A stretch of DNA of 64,000 nucleotides from the IMG/VR virus record IMGVR_UViG_3300010373_000001, positions 1-64,000 of that record; one strand, 5' to 3'. The stretch's first letter is position 1. The number at the start of each line of letters is the position of its first letter. Of the stretch, positions 54,600-63,203 are shown one piece after another. Source of the DNA: a virus. The translations under genes were made by a program, and so were the position numbers. The notes under the pieces are model-generated. The model made no database searches and had not been told where the DNA came from. It worked only from the letters and a program-made list of their open reading frames with translations.

Positions 54600-56318
54600 T
54601 TAAGAATTATCTGTGTTATTTATATTTCTTCTCTGCGGCAGTTTAGTGCCGTATGCCATTGTCACGATGTCTTCCATCGTGTTATCTCCAGCCAACCCTG
54701 TGATATCTCCCAGTGATGGAAGATCAGGCAATGGCTGGTTGTCAATGGCAGCATCAGGCTTTCCAGGTTCGCCTTCCTTTGGCTTATCATCCTGCTCGGC
54801 GTAACCTTCAGGTACTAGCCCTGTCAATTTCATAATTATAGCACTGATATGTGCTTTTAGAACCTGCATAGCAGCTTCCTGCTTTGCGTCTACTATTCTT
54901 TCCTCGAACAGCTCAGCCAGTTTCTCGTCTGGGAATTCTTCACCCAGTTCACGAAGAGCACCGACTTTAGACTCAAGCCCAAGAGCCTGCTTTACCTGGA
55001 TTTCTGACAGCTTAATTGTCTCGTCAACCGGCAGTGGTGGTGGCCACACAATGCTGACATTGTAAATGTCGTCATCACCTGGATTAAGGATTAAAGGCTG
55101 TTCCTCTGTTTCCTTGATACCATCGGTTTCCGGATCGTACATCAGAGTCTCTGGCTCAAACAGGAACAATGTCTTGAGAGCCATCCTGCTTATTTCCTTA
55201 AGACCAACTTCGTACTGAGTTCTCTTCTGGTCATAGGCAAGCATAGTAGGCATGTACTGGATAGCCAGTGCCACGCCTGATGTACTAGAGATAGACTGAG
55301 CTTCACCCAGAGCCGTTTGCGGGATGCCGATCATCTCGTGCATTCCCAGCTTTAGCATCTGAAGGAACTCAATAGCGGCAGGAAGTCCCTCAGCACCACC
55401 GCTTAGGTTAGTGATCTTGGCATCTTTAGACGCAAGAGCCCAGATCTTATTTGCTCCCTGCTCAAGATTAGAAGCTTTTCCTCCGGTGATAACTGTCACG
55501 GGTGCCGTGTGATAGTTAATGATGTCAGAAACGTCAGTTGCTTTTTCGTTAAAGTCCCTGTTCAGAGGTATAACGTCCATGACATCTGATAGACCCCATG
55601 GAGAAGCAGAGGCAATACGGTTAGCAACATGAACAACCGGAATGAATCCTAGCGGATTCTCCCTGCGGTCAATCAGTTCGTCGTTAACGTATTCCTCAAT
55701 GGTGTCATCAGTAAGAATTTCAACGTAGGTGAATACCTGACGTGTTCCCTCCGGTGCTGTGCCCCAGAAACGGTACTTGATCTTAAACCTGATCAGGCGA
55801 TCCCTGTCATGAGGATGCCATTCCGGGAAACAGAAGCTTGCGTTAATGGGCAGGATTCTTACCTTGCCCTTATGTACTGAACCTACTGCATCTGTGTAAG
55901 GAGGTTCCCATGCAACCTTAACGAAAGAGTCTCCCTGAACACTTCCCTGGTTGCCGATTTCCCATAGTAGCTGCTGCTTGTTATTGTCCTTCATCCAGAT
56001 ACGGTCAAGCAGAGCGGGGATAATGTGCTGGAATTTCTTAGGTGACTGGAATGTAACTCCGCGAGAGAAGGTAAAGTTTACCATCCAGTCTGATAATGCA
56101 CGCACATAGTTGAAAGTTATCTGCGGCTCTCCTGGCTCTCTTCTGTAAGCCCAGTGATGCCCAAGATAGAATGCCCAAGCTTGAGCATAGCGGTTAAGTC
56201 TGGGTCCATGAACCTCAAACTCTTCGTCAGCTAGCTCGACCAGACCTAGAGGAGAGATAGCAACAGTAAGGTCGCTACCAGCAGCCCTCATGGATGGGCT
56301 TACAAAATCAATGCTCAT
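54600..56318 (-). CDS. portal protein (SPP1 gp6-like)
   Basis: FYLGHH, GDSFVKV, NPLGFIPVVH, WGLSD, SGVAL. Confidence 0.9.
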   Translation of the reverse strand: MSIDFVSPSMRAAGSDLTVAISPLGLVELADEEFEVHGPRLNRYAQAWAFYLGHHWAYRREPGEPQITFNYVRALSDWMVNFTFSRGVTFQSPKKFQHIIPALLDRIWMKDNNKQQLLWEIGNQGSVQGDSFVKVAWEPPYTDAVGSVHKGKVRILPINASFCFPEWHPHDRDRLIRFKIKYRFWGTAPEGTRQVFTYVEILTDDTIEEYVNDELIDRRENPLGFIPVVHVANRIASASPWGLSDVMDVIPLNRDFNEKATDVSDIINYHTAPVTVITGGKASNLEQGANKIWALASKDAKITNLSGGAEGLPAAIEFLQMLKLGMHEMIGIPQTALGEAQSISSTSGVALAIQYMPTMLAYDQKRTQYEVGLKEISRMALKTLFLFEPETLMYDPETDGIKETEEQPLILNPGDDDIYNVSIVWPPPLPVDETIKLSEIQVKQALGLESKVGALRELGEEFPDEKLAELFEERIVDAKQEAAMQVLKAHISAIIMKLTGLVPEGYAEQDDKPKEGEPGKPDAAIDNQPLPDLPSLGDITGLAGDNTMEDIVTMAYGTKLPQRRNINNTDNS

Positions 56319-56374
56319 TTGCTACTTTCTCTGCCATTTAAGTGTCCCGTATTAGTTGTTCTTAAACCTGAGGA

Positions 56375-56405
56375 TGCCGGGAGTACTTTTTGAGTACTCC
56401 CGGCA
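56375..56405 (-). terminator. stem-loop before the portal gene
   Basis: TGCCGGGAGTACT-TTTTG-AGTACTCCCGGCA, 13-bp stem. Confidence 0.6.
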
Positions 56406-56411
56406 GAAGAT

Positions 56412-56636
56412 TTAGCCTCTTCTTACCCTCGGTTTTGGTGCGTGCAGTACATATGTTCCGGGTCTTCTAACATCAGTTCCCGGCTTCTTAAGAGGTGATT
56501 TTCTCTTAGCACCCAGCCTTGTTTCCGGCCTGTACCCTACCAGAGTTCTTCTGTGATGAAACTCTGGTACAACGGTATGACCTTTCGTGTGCCGGGTTGG
56601 CTTTTTGAACTGCCCCGGATTTAGCGGCGCAGACAT
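56412..56636 (-). CDS. very basic small protein with N-terminal LNPGQF motif
   Basis: begins MSAPLNPGQFKK; K/R/P-rich. Confidence 0.65.
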   Translation of the reverse strand: MSAPLNPGQFKKPTRHTKGHTVVPEFHHRRTLVGYRPETRLGAKRKSPLKKPGTDVRRPGTYVLHAPKPRVRRG

Positions 56637-56640
56637 AAGC

Positions 56641-57099
56641 TTAGTCCATTACTTCCGCAGGGTTACGACGCTCGTAACGCTTGCCTGAAGGGTTAGGAGC
56701 ACCACGGTTAACCTGCTCGTACTTCCTTTCGGCAGTAGCGTAGTCTGCACCATGAGAGAACTCACCAAGATATGTTGGTGCCTCTACCCATGCGGCAGAA
56801 CCTACGTGAGCACGTTCCCTCATTGTTTCCGCTGGCCACTTCTCATATACATTCATGTTATGATTCGGGCGGCCCGGTGCGGGAACGTATCCCTGCCTGA
56901 TACCGTTTTCAAACTCATTGGGAAGGTCGGTGTCAGTTGCCAGACCTTCCTCGAAACGCAATGGGCCAACCTGTCCTGACTGGTTTGGTCCCGACTTTAC
57001 CTCATAAATAGTCCCCGGACGCTCTGGGTAGTGATCTACCGGAGCAAGAGGTGACCTGTTTGGAGTGGCCTGAGTGTAGCCAAAATCCTTATTTGCCAT
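56641..57099 (-). CDS. hypothetical virion-associated protein
   Basis: GPLRFEEGLATDTD..ETMRERAHVGSAAWVEAP; AAGGA RBS. Confidence 0.7.
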   Translation of the reverse strand: MANKDFGYTQATPNRSPLAPVDHYPERPGTIYEVKSGPNQSGQVGPLRFEEGLATDTDLPNEFENGIRQGYVPAPGRPNHNMNVYEKWPAETMRERAHVGSAAWVEAPTYLGEFSHGADYATAERKYEQVNRGAPNPSGKRYERRNPAEVMD

Positions 57100-57116
57100 T
57101 TTATCTTCTTTCCTTA

Positions 57117-57527
57117 TCAGCCAGTGCCGGTTACGGTGTAACCCATTGTCTGTGCTGAGATAAGTTTAACTGTAGTTCCGGGGCTAGCGATACCGCCTGC
57201 TATAGATGATCCCATAGGGGTTACAGTCTGGGGGATCGTTGTTATCAGTGTTCCTGCCGGAACATTCATCAGACCTTGTGTCCAGTATGGTTCTGCATTA
57301 TCAAGTATAACCGTCTGATTGGGCGCAATTTGCTCGTCATCCTGGCCACCGACAGTTGGTGTAGTTCCATCCACTGTAGCGTAAATAGGAGCCGGGGTTG
57401 TGCCACTCTCATTAGTAATTTCAACAGCACCATAACGGATAGGAACAGAGCCCGATCCGAATGTAATAGTTGTGACAGTGTTCGCTACAAGAGTACCGTT
57501 TGCTGTCTCTACTGCTGTGAATGGCAT
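57117..57527 (-). CDS. virion structural protein
   Basis: T/G-rich beta protein. Confidence 0.6.
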   Translation of the reverse strand: MPFTAVETANGTLVANTVTTITFGSGSVPIRYGAVEITNESGTTPAPIYATVDGTTPTVGGQDDEQIAPNQTVILDNAEPYWTQGLMNVPAGTLITTIPQTVTPMGSSIAGGIASPGTTVKLISAQTMGYTVTGTG

Positions 57528-57528
57528 A

Positions 57529-58158
57529 TCAGGCCCTTAGTCCTGCCCATACTTTTGAAGCGTACCCGATCTGACCTGAAAGAGTCAGGGAAGCAGGAAG
57601 AGTTGCCTGCACGCCATAGTCAGAGGTAATCGGCGCAGACGCCAGAGTTACACCAGCGTTACCGAATGCGATAGCACCACCAGAACCGCCTGTTGGGTAA
57701 GTTACACCAGCAAGCACGGGCTGTACTGACCAAGTAATTGTAGTGAACAAGTAGTAGTAGTTACCGCCAACAAGGTTAGCTGAAGCGGCAAACGCTACGG
57801 GGGTCAGAGCGGTGTTCACAATAGCTGCGTGAGCATCTACTGATGTGGCTAGCTGTGCCCCTGTGGCTGAGTAAAGCCCGGAAAGGAAAACAGTAGTTGT
57901 TCCTGTAGTTGTGAAGTAATAGTCAACGTGGCCTACAGTGCAGTTAGCCGGAACATAAATTCTGGTTAGCAGACCGTGAGTTGAGGCCGGAAAGTTAACT
58001 GTAGCAGTGGCGTCATCTAGTTCAAGGCTCCAGGCATTGTACCCATTCTGGAGAGACGGCACGAAAAGAGTTGAGCTTGCGTTGGCATAGCTCTCAAGAG
58101 AAGCTAGCTGCTGGTCTGTCCAACCAGTAGTGTTCTCGATTCCTAGGGACGTAGCCAT
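57529..58158 (-). CDS. virion structural protein (fibre tip-like)
   Basis: LTRIYVPANCTV resembles the C-terminal domain of 49541..51037. Confidence 0.6.
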   Translation of the reverse strand: MATSLGIENTTGWTDQQLASLESYANASSTLFVPSLQNGYNAWSLELDDATATVNFPASTHGLLTRIYVPANCTVGHVDYYFTTTGTTTVFLSGLYSATGAQLATSVDAHAAIVNTALTPVAFAASANLVGGNYYYLFTTITWSVQPVLAGVTYPTGGSGGAIAFGNAGVTLASAPITSDYGVQATLPASLTLSGQIGYASKVWAGLRA

Positions 58159-58205
58159 AGTGTTAGTCCTAACATGGATGTAAATATTTACAGTCTTATT
58201 GTATC

Positions 58206-60209
58206 TTACCTAGAATGCCTCTTGTAAACAGGTATTCTCAATTTAGCCATCCAGTCTCTAGGACCGAGAATGGCAGCAATTACTATCTGACCTGCGTGAC
58301 CAGCAAAAGCTTTAACGGAAGTATTAGATGAAGGTCCAGGGATATTCAGGTTTACTGTTCCTGCACGGGCTGAAACTGATGAAGCTGAAGCAGTTCCAGG
58401 TACAGTAACCTTTACCGTTCCCGTCTTTGCCGATACTGCTACAGTAGCAGTGATTCCGTGAACAACAGCGTCAGCGCTTACTATACCCGGCGTTGCTGAA
58501 ATAGTTACATGAGCAGTTGTGCCCTGTACTGTTTCAGAAACAGTACCAGGAATAGCAGCCACAGTTGCGGTTGCTGTTACTCCTGTGATAGTTACATTTA
58601 CAGTCCCCGGATTTGCGTGGGCCGTAGCCTGAGCAACAGATCCGGAAATAGTTTCAACGATTGTTCCTGCAATAGCCGCGACGGTTGCCGTAGCTGTGAC
58701 ACCAGGAACATTAGCTGATAGCTGCAATCCTCCAGGGTTGGCTACTACAGTTACCGTACTGGTAATGCCGCCAACAACAGTTGCCTGACCAACTACACCA
58801 TCAGGAGCAAATGCATTGACATTACCAGAAGTTCCGTTAATATCAATCTCAATATTACCGGCAACAGCCTGTACAGGAGAGTTAACAACAGTTCCGGGAG
58901 CGGAAATCGTAACTGTTCCGGCTATGGCTGCTACGGATGCTGTAGCAGTAACACCGCTAACTGTTACCGCAGCAGTTACAGTTCCGGGATTAGCAACCAC
59001 ATTTACATTAGAGGCTACGCCAGGAGTGGTTACATTAACTGTACCGGCTATAGCTGTAGCTGTTACTGTTGCTGCTGTGCCAGGAATGTTTACTACAGCA
59101 GTACCATTATTCGCTGCTGCATTAACATTTGAAACTGTTCCCTGCGGATTTACTTTTACTGTACCGGCTTGAGCCGCAACTGTATCTGTAGCAGTTGTCC
59201 CGGTAATAGTCTCAACAACTGTGCCCGCGATAGGTGTAACAGTAACAGCAGAAGCTACCCCCGCTGGGGAAATTGTTACTGTTCCTGCAACTGCGGAAAC
59301 TGTAACTGTGCCAGTAGGACCAGTAACACCAGTTGATCCAGCACCGCCAGGATTAGCTGTGACAGTTACAGCAGCAGCCACTCCTGGTATAGATTCAGTT
59401 ACCGTTCCTGCTACTGCGGCAGCAGCTACAGTAGAAACTGTTCCCGGAATAGCTTCTGTTACTGTTCCGTTTACAGCAGCTACAGTTACGGTTGCCGTAA
59501 CACCAGTGACATTTACCGGAACTCCGGAGGTAACAGGCAGCAGTTCAACTGCTACCATTCCCCACCAGTCAGCACCAGCGCTGTTTGTCCAAGATAGGAG
59601 AGTGGTTTTGCCGGTGCCTAGCGACGCCTGATCTTCAAACATACCGTTGCCAGCAGCATCGGTATTATTGATATCTTCTTGCCAGCGGATTGTAGATGAC
59701 GGACCAGCGGTGAAAGTTCCCCCGCCGTTATTTCCGCCGTAGGAAGTAGCAGCAACTATAAGGCTACTTGCTGTCGTGTTAGCTACAGCGATAATTCCAG
59801 ATGAACTATTACCAAATGCGGTTACTGCTGTCCCGATACTTGATACACCACCGTAGGTGGTTGCACCAGCCCATATTGGGGGGCCACCAGTAACGGTAAC
59901 AGTATTAGATCCTGTAGGCAAGCTGCCAAGCTTGCCGTACATAGCCACGCCACCAGATGTCCCATTATTGCTTGGGATAAATCCGATAAGTGAAAGTGTT
60001 GCTGCACCATAAGTAACATTAGTTATGGTGTTAGTTCCGCCATTGGTTTTAGCAGCAACGATAATGCAGTTACCAGCATTACCATTAACCAGTGCTCCTG
60101 AAGCCCCCGCGTATCCAGCAGTGGCATCAAGCGTTACCGTTGTTTGAGGCTGTGGCGCGGTTGGCAGAATCTTTGGCGGTATGGGAAAGCCGCGACCTAG
60201 AATAGCCAT
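58206..60209 (-). CDS. long fibre protein with approximately 20-aa V/T/A/G repeats
   Basis: repeated GVTATxxVxAxxGTVxxxI units. Confidence 0.75.
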   Translation of the reverse strand: MAILGRGFPIPPKILPTAPQPQTTVTLDATAGYAGASGALVNGNAGNCIIVAAKTNGGTNTITNVTYGAATLSLIGFIPSNNGTSGGVAMYGKLGSLPTGSNTVTVTGGPPIWAGATTYGGVSSIGTAVTAFGNSSSGIIAVANTTASSLIVAATSYGGNNGGGTFTAGPSSTIRWQEDINNTDAAGNGMFEDQASLGTGKTTLLSWTNSAGADWWGMVAVELLPVTSGVPVNVTGVTATVTVAAVNGTVTEAIPGTVSTVAAAAVAGTVTESIPGVAAAVTVTANPGGAGSTGVTGPTGTVTVSAVAGTVTISPAGVASAVTVTPIAGTVVETITGTTATDTVAAQAGTVKVNPQGTVSNVNAAANNGTAVVNIPGTAATVTATAIAGTVNVTTPGVASNVNVVANPGTVTAAVTVSGVTATASVAAIAGTVTISAPGTVVNSPVQAVAGNIEIDINGTSGNVNAFAPDGVVGQATVVGGITSTVTVVANPGGLQLSANVPGVTATATVAAIAGTIVETISGSVAQATAHANPGTVNVTITGVTATATVAAIPGTVSETVQGTTAHVTISATPGIVSADAVVHGITATVAVSAKTGTVKVTVPGTASASSVSARAGTVNLNIPGPSSNTSVKAFAGHAGQIVIAAILGPRDWMAKLRIPVYKRHSR

Positions 60210-60226
60210 GGGTTAATTAATTCTTT

Positions 60227-60967
60227 TCACCACAGAGATGCATCATGTACTGGTACTCCGGGAGGCTGAATTACTGGTGGAGTTATTGTCCAGATAAGAA
60301 TAACCTGACCGGCAAAACCAGCACCACCAACACGGTTAGTAGTAGCAGTTCCGGATTCTCCGCCTCCACCGCCTCCACCTGGGCCTGAGACTGGAGCATT
60401 TCCTACACCACCAGCGGAACCTGTTCCTCCAACACCACCGATACCTCCACCAGTAGGAGGAGTTCCGGCAGCATTAACGCCACCAGCACCACCAACTGAT
60501 CCTGTACCGGCAGAAGATCCTCCACCGCCGCCAAGATGTGTTGAACCTGCTCCTGTTCCGCCTAGACCACCATCAAAGTGAACAGTGTTAGTTGACCCTG
60601 TTCCTCCAGCACCACCAGCACCGTTAGCTGTACCGCCAACGCCAAGAGAACCACCATGAGCGGTAACTGTGGTGAACCCGGTCATAGTAAAAGTTGAGCT
60701 ATTACCATTACCACCATTACCTGATGAACCAGCAGAACCAGCAGCCCCTACTACAGCAGTAAAAGCAGTACCAGGAATAATACTTCCTGTTTCCTGGGCA
60801 AACTCTCCACCACCGCCACCACCAGAACCGTGAACGGTAACAGCACCAGATCCGCCACCGCCACCGCCACTTCCCCAACATTGTGCTATTAGGGAAGTGG
60901 CGTTGGGCGGAACGGTGCCGTTGTTTGTTCCGGCAGAAGAGAAAGTCTGAGTGAAAGTGTAAGACAC
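60227..60967 (-). CDS. glycine-rich virion protein
   Basis: QCWGSGGGG..GEFAQE..GSTNTVHFDGG; paralogous to the N-terminus of 46300..48600. Confidence 0.75.
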   Translation of the reverse strand: MSYTFTQTFSSAGTNNGTVPPNATSLIAQCWGSGGGGGGSGAVTVHGSGGGGGGEFAQETGSIIPGTAFTAVVGAAGSAGSSGNGGNGNSSTFTMTGFTTVTAHGGSLGVGGTANGAGGAGGTGSTNTVHFDGGLGGTGAGSTHLGGGGGSSAGTGSVGGAGGVNAAGTPPTGGGIGGVGGTGSAGGVGNAPVSGPGGGGGGGESGTATTNRVGGAGFAGQVILIWTITPPVIQPPGVPVHDASLW

Positions 60968-60976
60968 TCTTTTACT

Positions 60977-61486
60977 CTATTCTCTCCAGGTAATGTAGCA
61001 GATAGCGTTTACCGCAGATGCCGCAGTAACCCTGATACGAAGAGCGTCACCAGCTTTAATCATTGGCTCTCTTCCTAGCGGCCATTGCTTGATATAAGTG
61101 TTGGTAGACAACACCTGATAGTCATAAAGCTGAGTAGAAGTAATAGTACCTTCTGCCGATGCAGTAAATCCTGAAGCACCTGTTCCGATAGTTAGCTGTG
61201 ATGCCTGTTGTCCGGGGTTAGTTACATTTGTTATGTCTACTGCGGCAGAAGTGTATGCCGTAACGGTAGCGAAAACTGTTCCCGTGTCGATTAGTTCAGT
61301 TCTAATAGCGGCAGGGGAACCGTCGAATGAGATTCCCCATTCAACGATATTGATATTACGGCCTGATGGGGGTGCCAACTGCATGAGTGTTTTAACTGTA
61401 GCTCCTGTGGTTACCGGAGTTATAGCTGCTGTCGCACCTGAAGTTGGTATATGACCATTGTAGGCCGAGTAGATATTTTCAGCCAT
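60977..61486 (-). CDS. virion structural protein
   Basis: KTLMQL, EWGISFDG, QWPLGREP. Confidence 0.65.
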   Translation of the reverse strand: MAENIYSAYNGHIPTSGATAAITPVTTGATVKTLMQLAPPSGRNINIVEWGISFDGSPAAIRTELIDTGTVFATVTAYTSAAVDITNVTNPGQQASQLTIGTGASGFTASAEGTITSTQLYDYQVLSTNTYIKQWPLGREPMIKAGDALRIRVTAASAVNAICYITWRE

Positions 61487-61488
61487 AA

Positions 61489-61839
61489 TTACACCAGTTC
61501 ACAAATAAGATCTACTGAGCAAAGCTGGTCCGATCCAGTGGTGTTAGTAGTGAATATATCAAAAACCGGAGAGTTACCGCTGTGTCCCATGTGGAAGGTA
61601 GGAATATCAATAGTTACACCAGCGGGCACATTAAATAGAAAACCGATTATATGAACATCTTCTGGTAGTTGCGTGCGCCACGGAAAAGGGCTGAGCATGT
61701 TCAATTGAAAATTAGAGTCCGTAGACTCTGATGTCCATGAAACTGTTAGCTCAAATGGACTTGATCCATCAATGCGTGTATTGAGAAGTGTATATAGAAC
61801 GCTTGCTTGATACGAAGCATCGTCGTGAATAAAAGCCAT
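61489..61839 (-). CDS. hypothetical protein
   Basis: TGATG-coupled start MAFIHDD at 61839, preferred over the track start at 61935. Confidence 0.6.
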   Translation of the reverse strand: MAFIHDDASYQASVLYTLLNTRIDGSSPFELTVSWTSESTDSNFQLNMLSPFPWRTQLPEDVHIIGFLFNVPAGVTIDIPTFHMGHSGNSPVFDIFTTNTTGSDQLCSVDLICELV

Positions 61840-62309
61840 CAGCTTGAAGTCCAAGTGATCAGGCCAGATCCACTGATAGTAAGAGTGAATGTGGCAGCGG
61901 TTGTTGCCTGTGTTCCGCCGAAATCCCAGTAGCACATCAGAAGCCTGGTTGTGTCGTTGGTGTCAACAGCAGCGTCATAGAAGAATGCGTACTTGTCTGA
62001 GAAGGTTGCGGAAGTCCATGAAGGATTAGCACAGGTAAGAGTGTTAACCAGACCAGACTGAGAGAAGCTTACTGAGGTTAGTGTCTGGCGGGAATATCCA
62101 GCGCCAGCCTCTTCAGTAAGAGCGCCACCGCCACCTGAACCAGAGTTGGCAAGGAACTGGGAAACAGTTGTGTATGCCTCAGTTGCGGCAACCCAGTTAA
62201 AGGTTCCTGTTGCCAGTCCTACCTTAAGAGTGTCTACGTTGTTCAGGGAGAATGTCTTAGTTCCCATTCCCTGAGTGAAGCCGGGGAAAACGTGTGCTGT
62301 AACGGCCAT
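61839..62309 (-). CDS. virion structural protein (fibre anchor-like)
   Basis: DTLKVGL..EEAGAGYSR..YWDFG; AAGGA RBS. Confidence 0.65.
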   Translation of the reverse strand: MAVTAHVFPGFTQGMGTKTFSLNNVDTLKVGLATGTFNWVAATEAYTTVSQFLANSGSGGGGALTEEAGAGYSRQTLTSVSFSQSGLVNTLTCANPSWTSATFSDKYAFFYDAAVDTNDTTRLLMCYWDFGGTQATTAATFTLTISGSGLITWTSS

Positions 62310-62319
62310 AATATGTCCT

Positions 62320-63162
62320 TTAGAAAATAACTAGTGTTCCGACTGATATGACCGGAACCTGAGATGATGTAATAACTCTGACCCAGATCTGGTAAGCACC
62401 AACGGCCAGAACTAGCCCGCCATTTGCGGGGCCAACAAGAATCTGGGCAACGTATGGAGGATTATCTGAAGCCCACGCACCATTATGCCAGTCTCCTGAT
62501 TGTGGCTCAGCACCGCTTGGGATGAAAGCAAACTGCACAGGGAAATCTGTAGGATTGATTCCCAGGCTGCCGATCATTGCGGTAATGTCAGATGACACAA
62601 ACTCAGTGGAAACCGCAGCGATTCTCAGCACGTCATCCTGTTCCATGTTATTGATAGAGCCGGGAATAATCAGGGATTCCAGATGCACTGGAACCGAGGA
62701 AGCTTTGGGAACCGTGATATCGTACTCAAGCCCATCGAGAAAATGTTCTTTAACGTGGTAGGTAAATGAGGTTGGCGTGGTACTGGCGTTATCTGTTGCT
62801 AGTAATGCTACAAATAGCTTACCGTAATACAGATGAATTTTCCCGTTGCCAAATTCATTCAGTCCCACGGGGCTAAGATTCTGCCCGGCGAATCTCTGAG
62901 GGAATGTAGCTGTGGTTGTCCCGTCCGTTACCGTGATAGATGAACTGGGAAAGAAGGTAAAGAATCCTGATAGCGGATTCCCATCGAAATCAAACCTGTT
63001 AGTGAAGACCTGAACGTAAGTAAGACCAGTAGGAAACCCTGGCTCAGAGAACGGATTAGGCGGTGTTAAATTGTAAGACTGGTTTTGAGCAGTCCATGCA
63101 GGAGTCCACCAGGCATCAATAAGAGGCTGGCCCTGATAGTCAATTCCTGTCTGAGCGGTCAT
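62320..63162 (-). CDS. virion structural protein
   Basis: DGNPLSG..LLATDN..FTYHVKE..GAYQIWVRV. Confidence 0.65.
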   Translation of the reverse strand: MTAQTGIDYQGQPLIDAWWTPAWTAQNQSYNLTPPNPFSEPGFPTGLTYVQVFTNRFDFDGNPLSGFFTFFPSSSITVTDGTTTATFPQRFAGQNLSPVGLNEFGNGKIHLYYGKLFVALLATDNASTTPTSFTYHVKEHFLDGLEYDITVPKASSVPVHLESLIIPGSINNMEQDDVLRIAAVSTEFVSSDITAMIGSLGINPTDFPVQFAFIPSGAEPQSGDWHNGAWASDNPPYVAQILVGPANGGLVLAVGAYQIWVRVITSSQVPVISVGTLVIF

Positions 63163-63203
63163 TACTCACCGTAATTTCATTAATTGCTGACAGACCCATT
63201 TTA

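Noticed and set aside
460-62761. Numerous plus-strand ORFs in the track
   Set aside because: They lie antisense to well-supported, tightly packed minus-strand genes and show no recognisable motifs, so they are shadow ORFs
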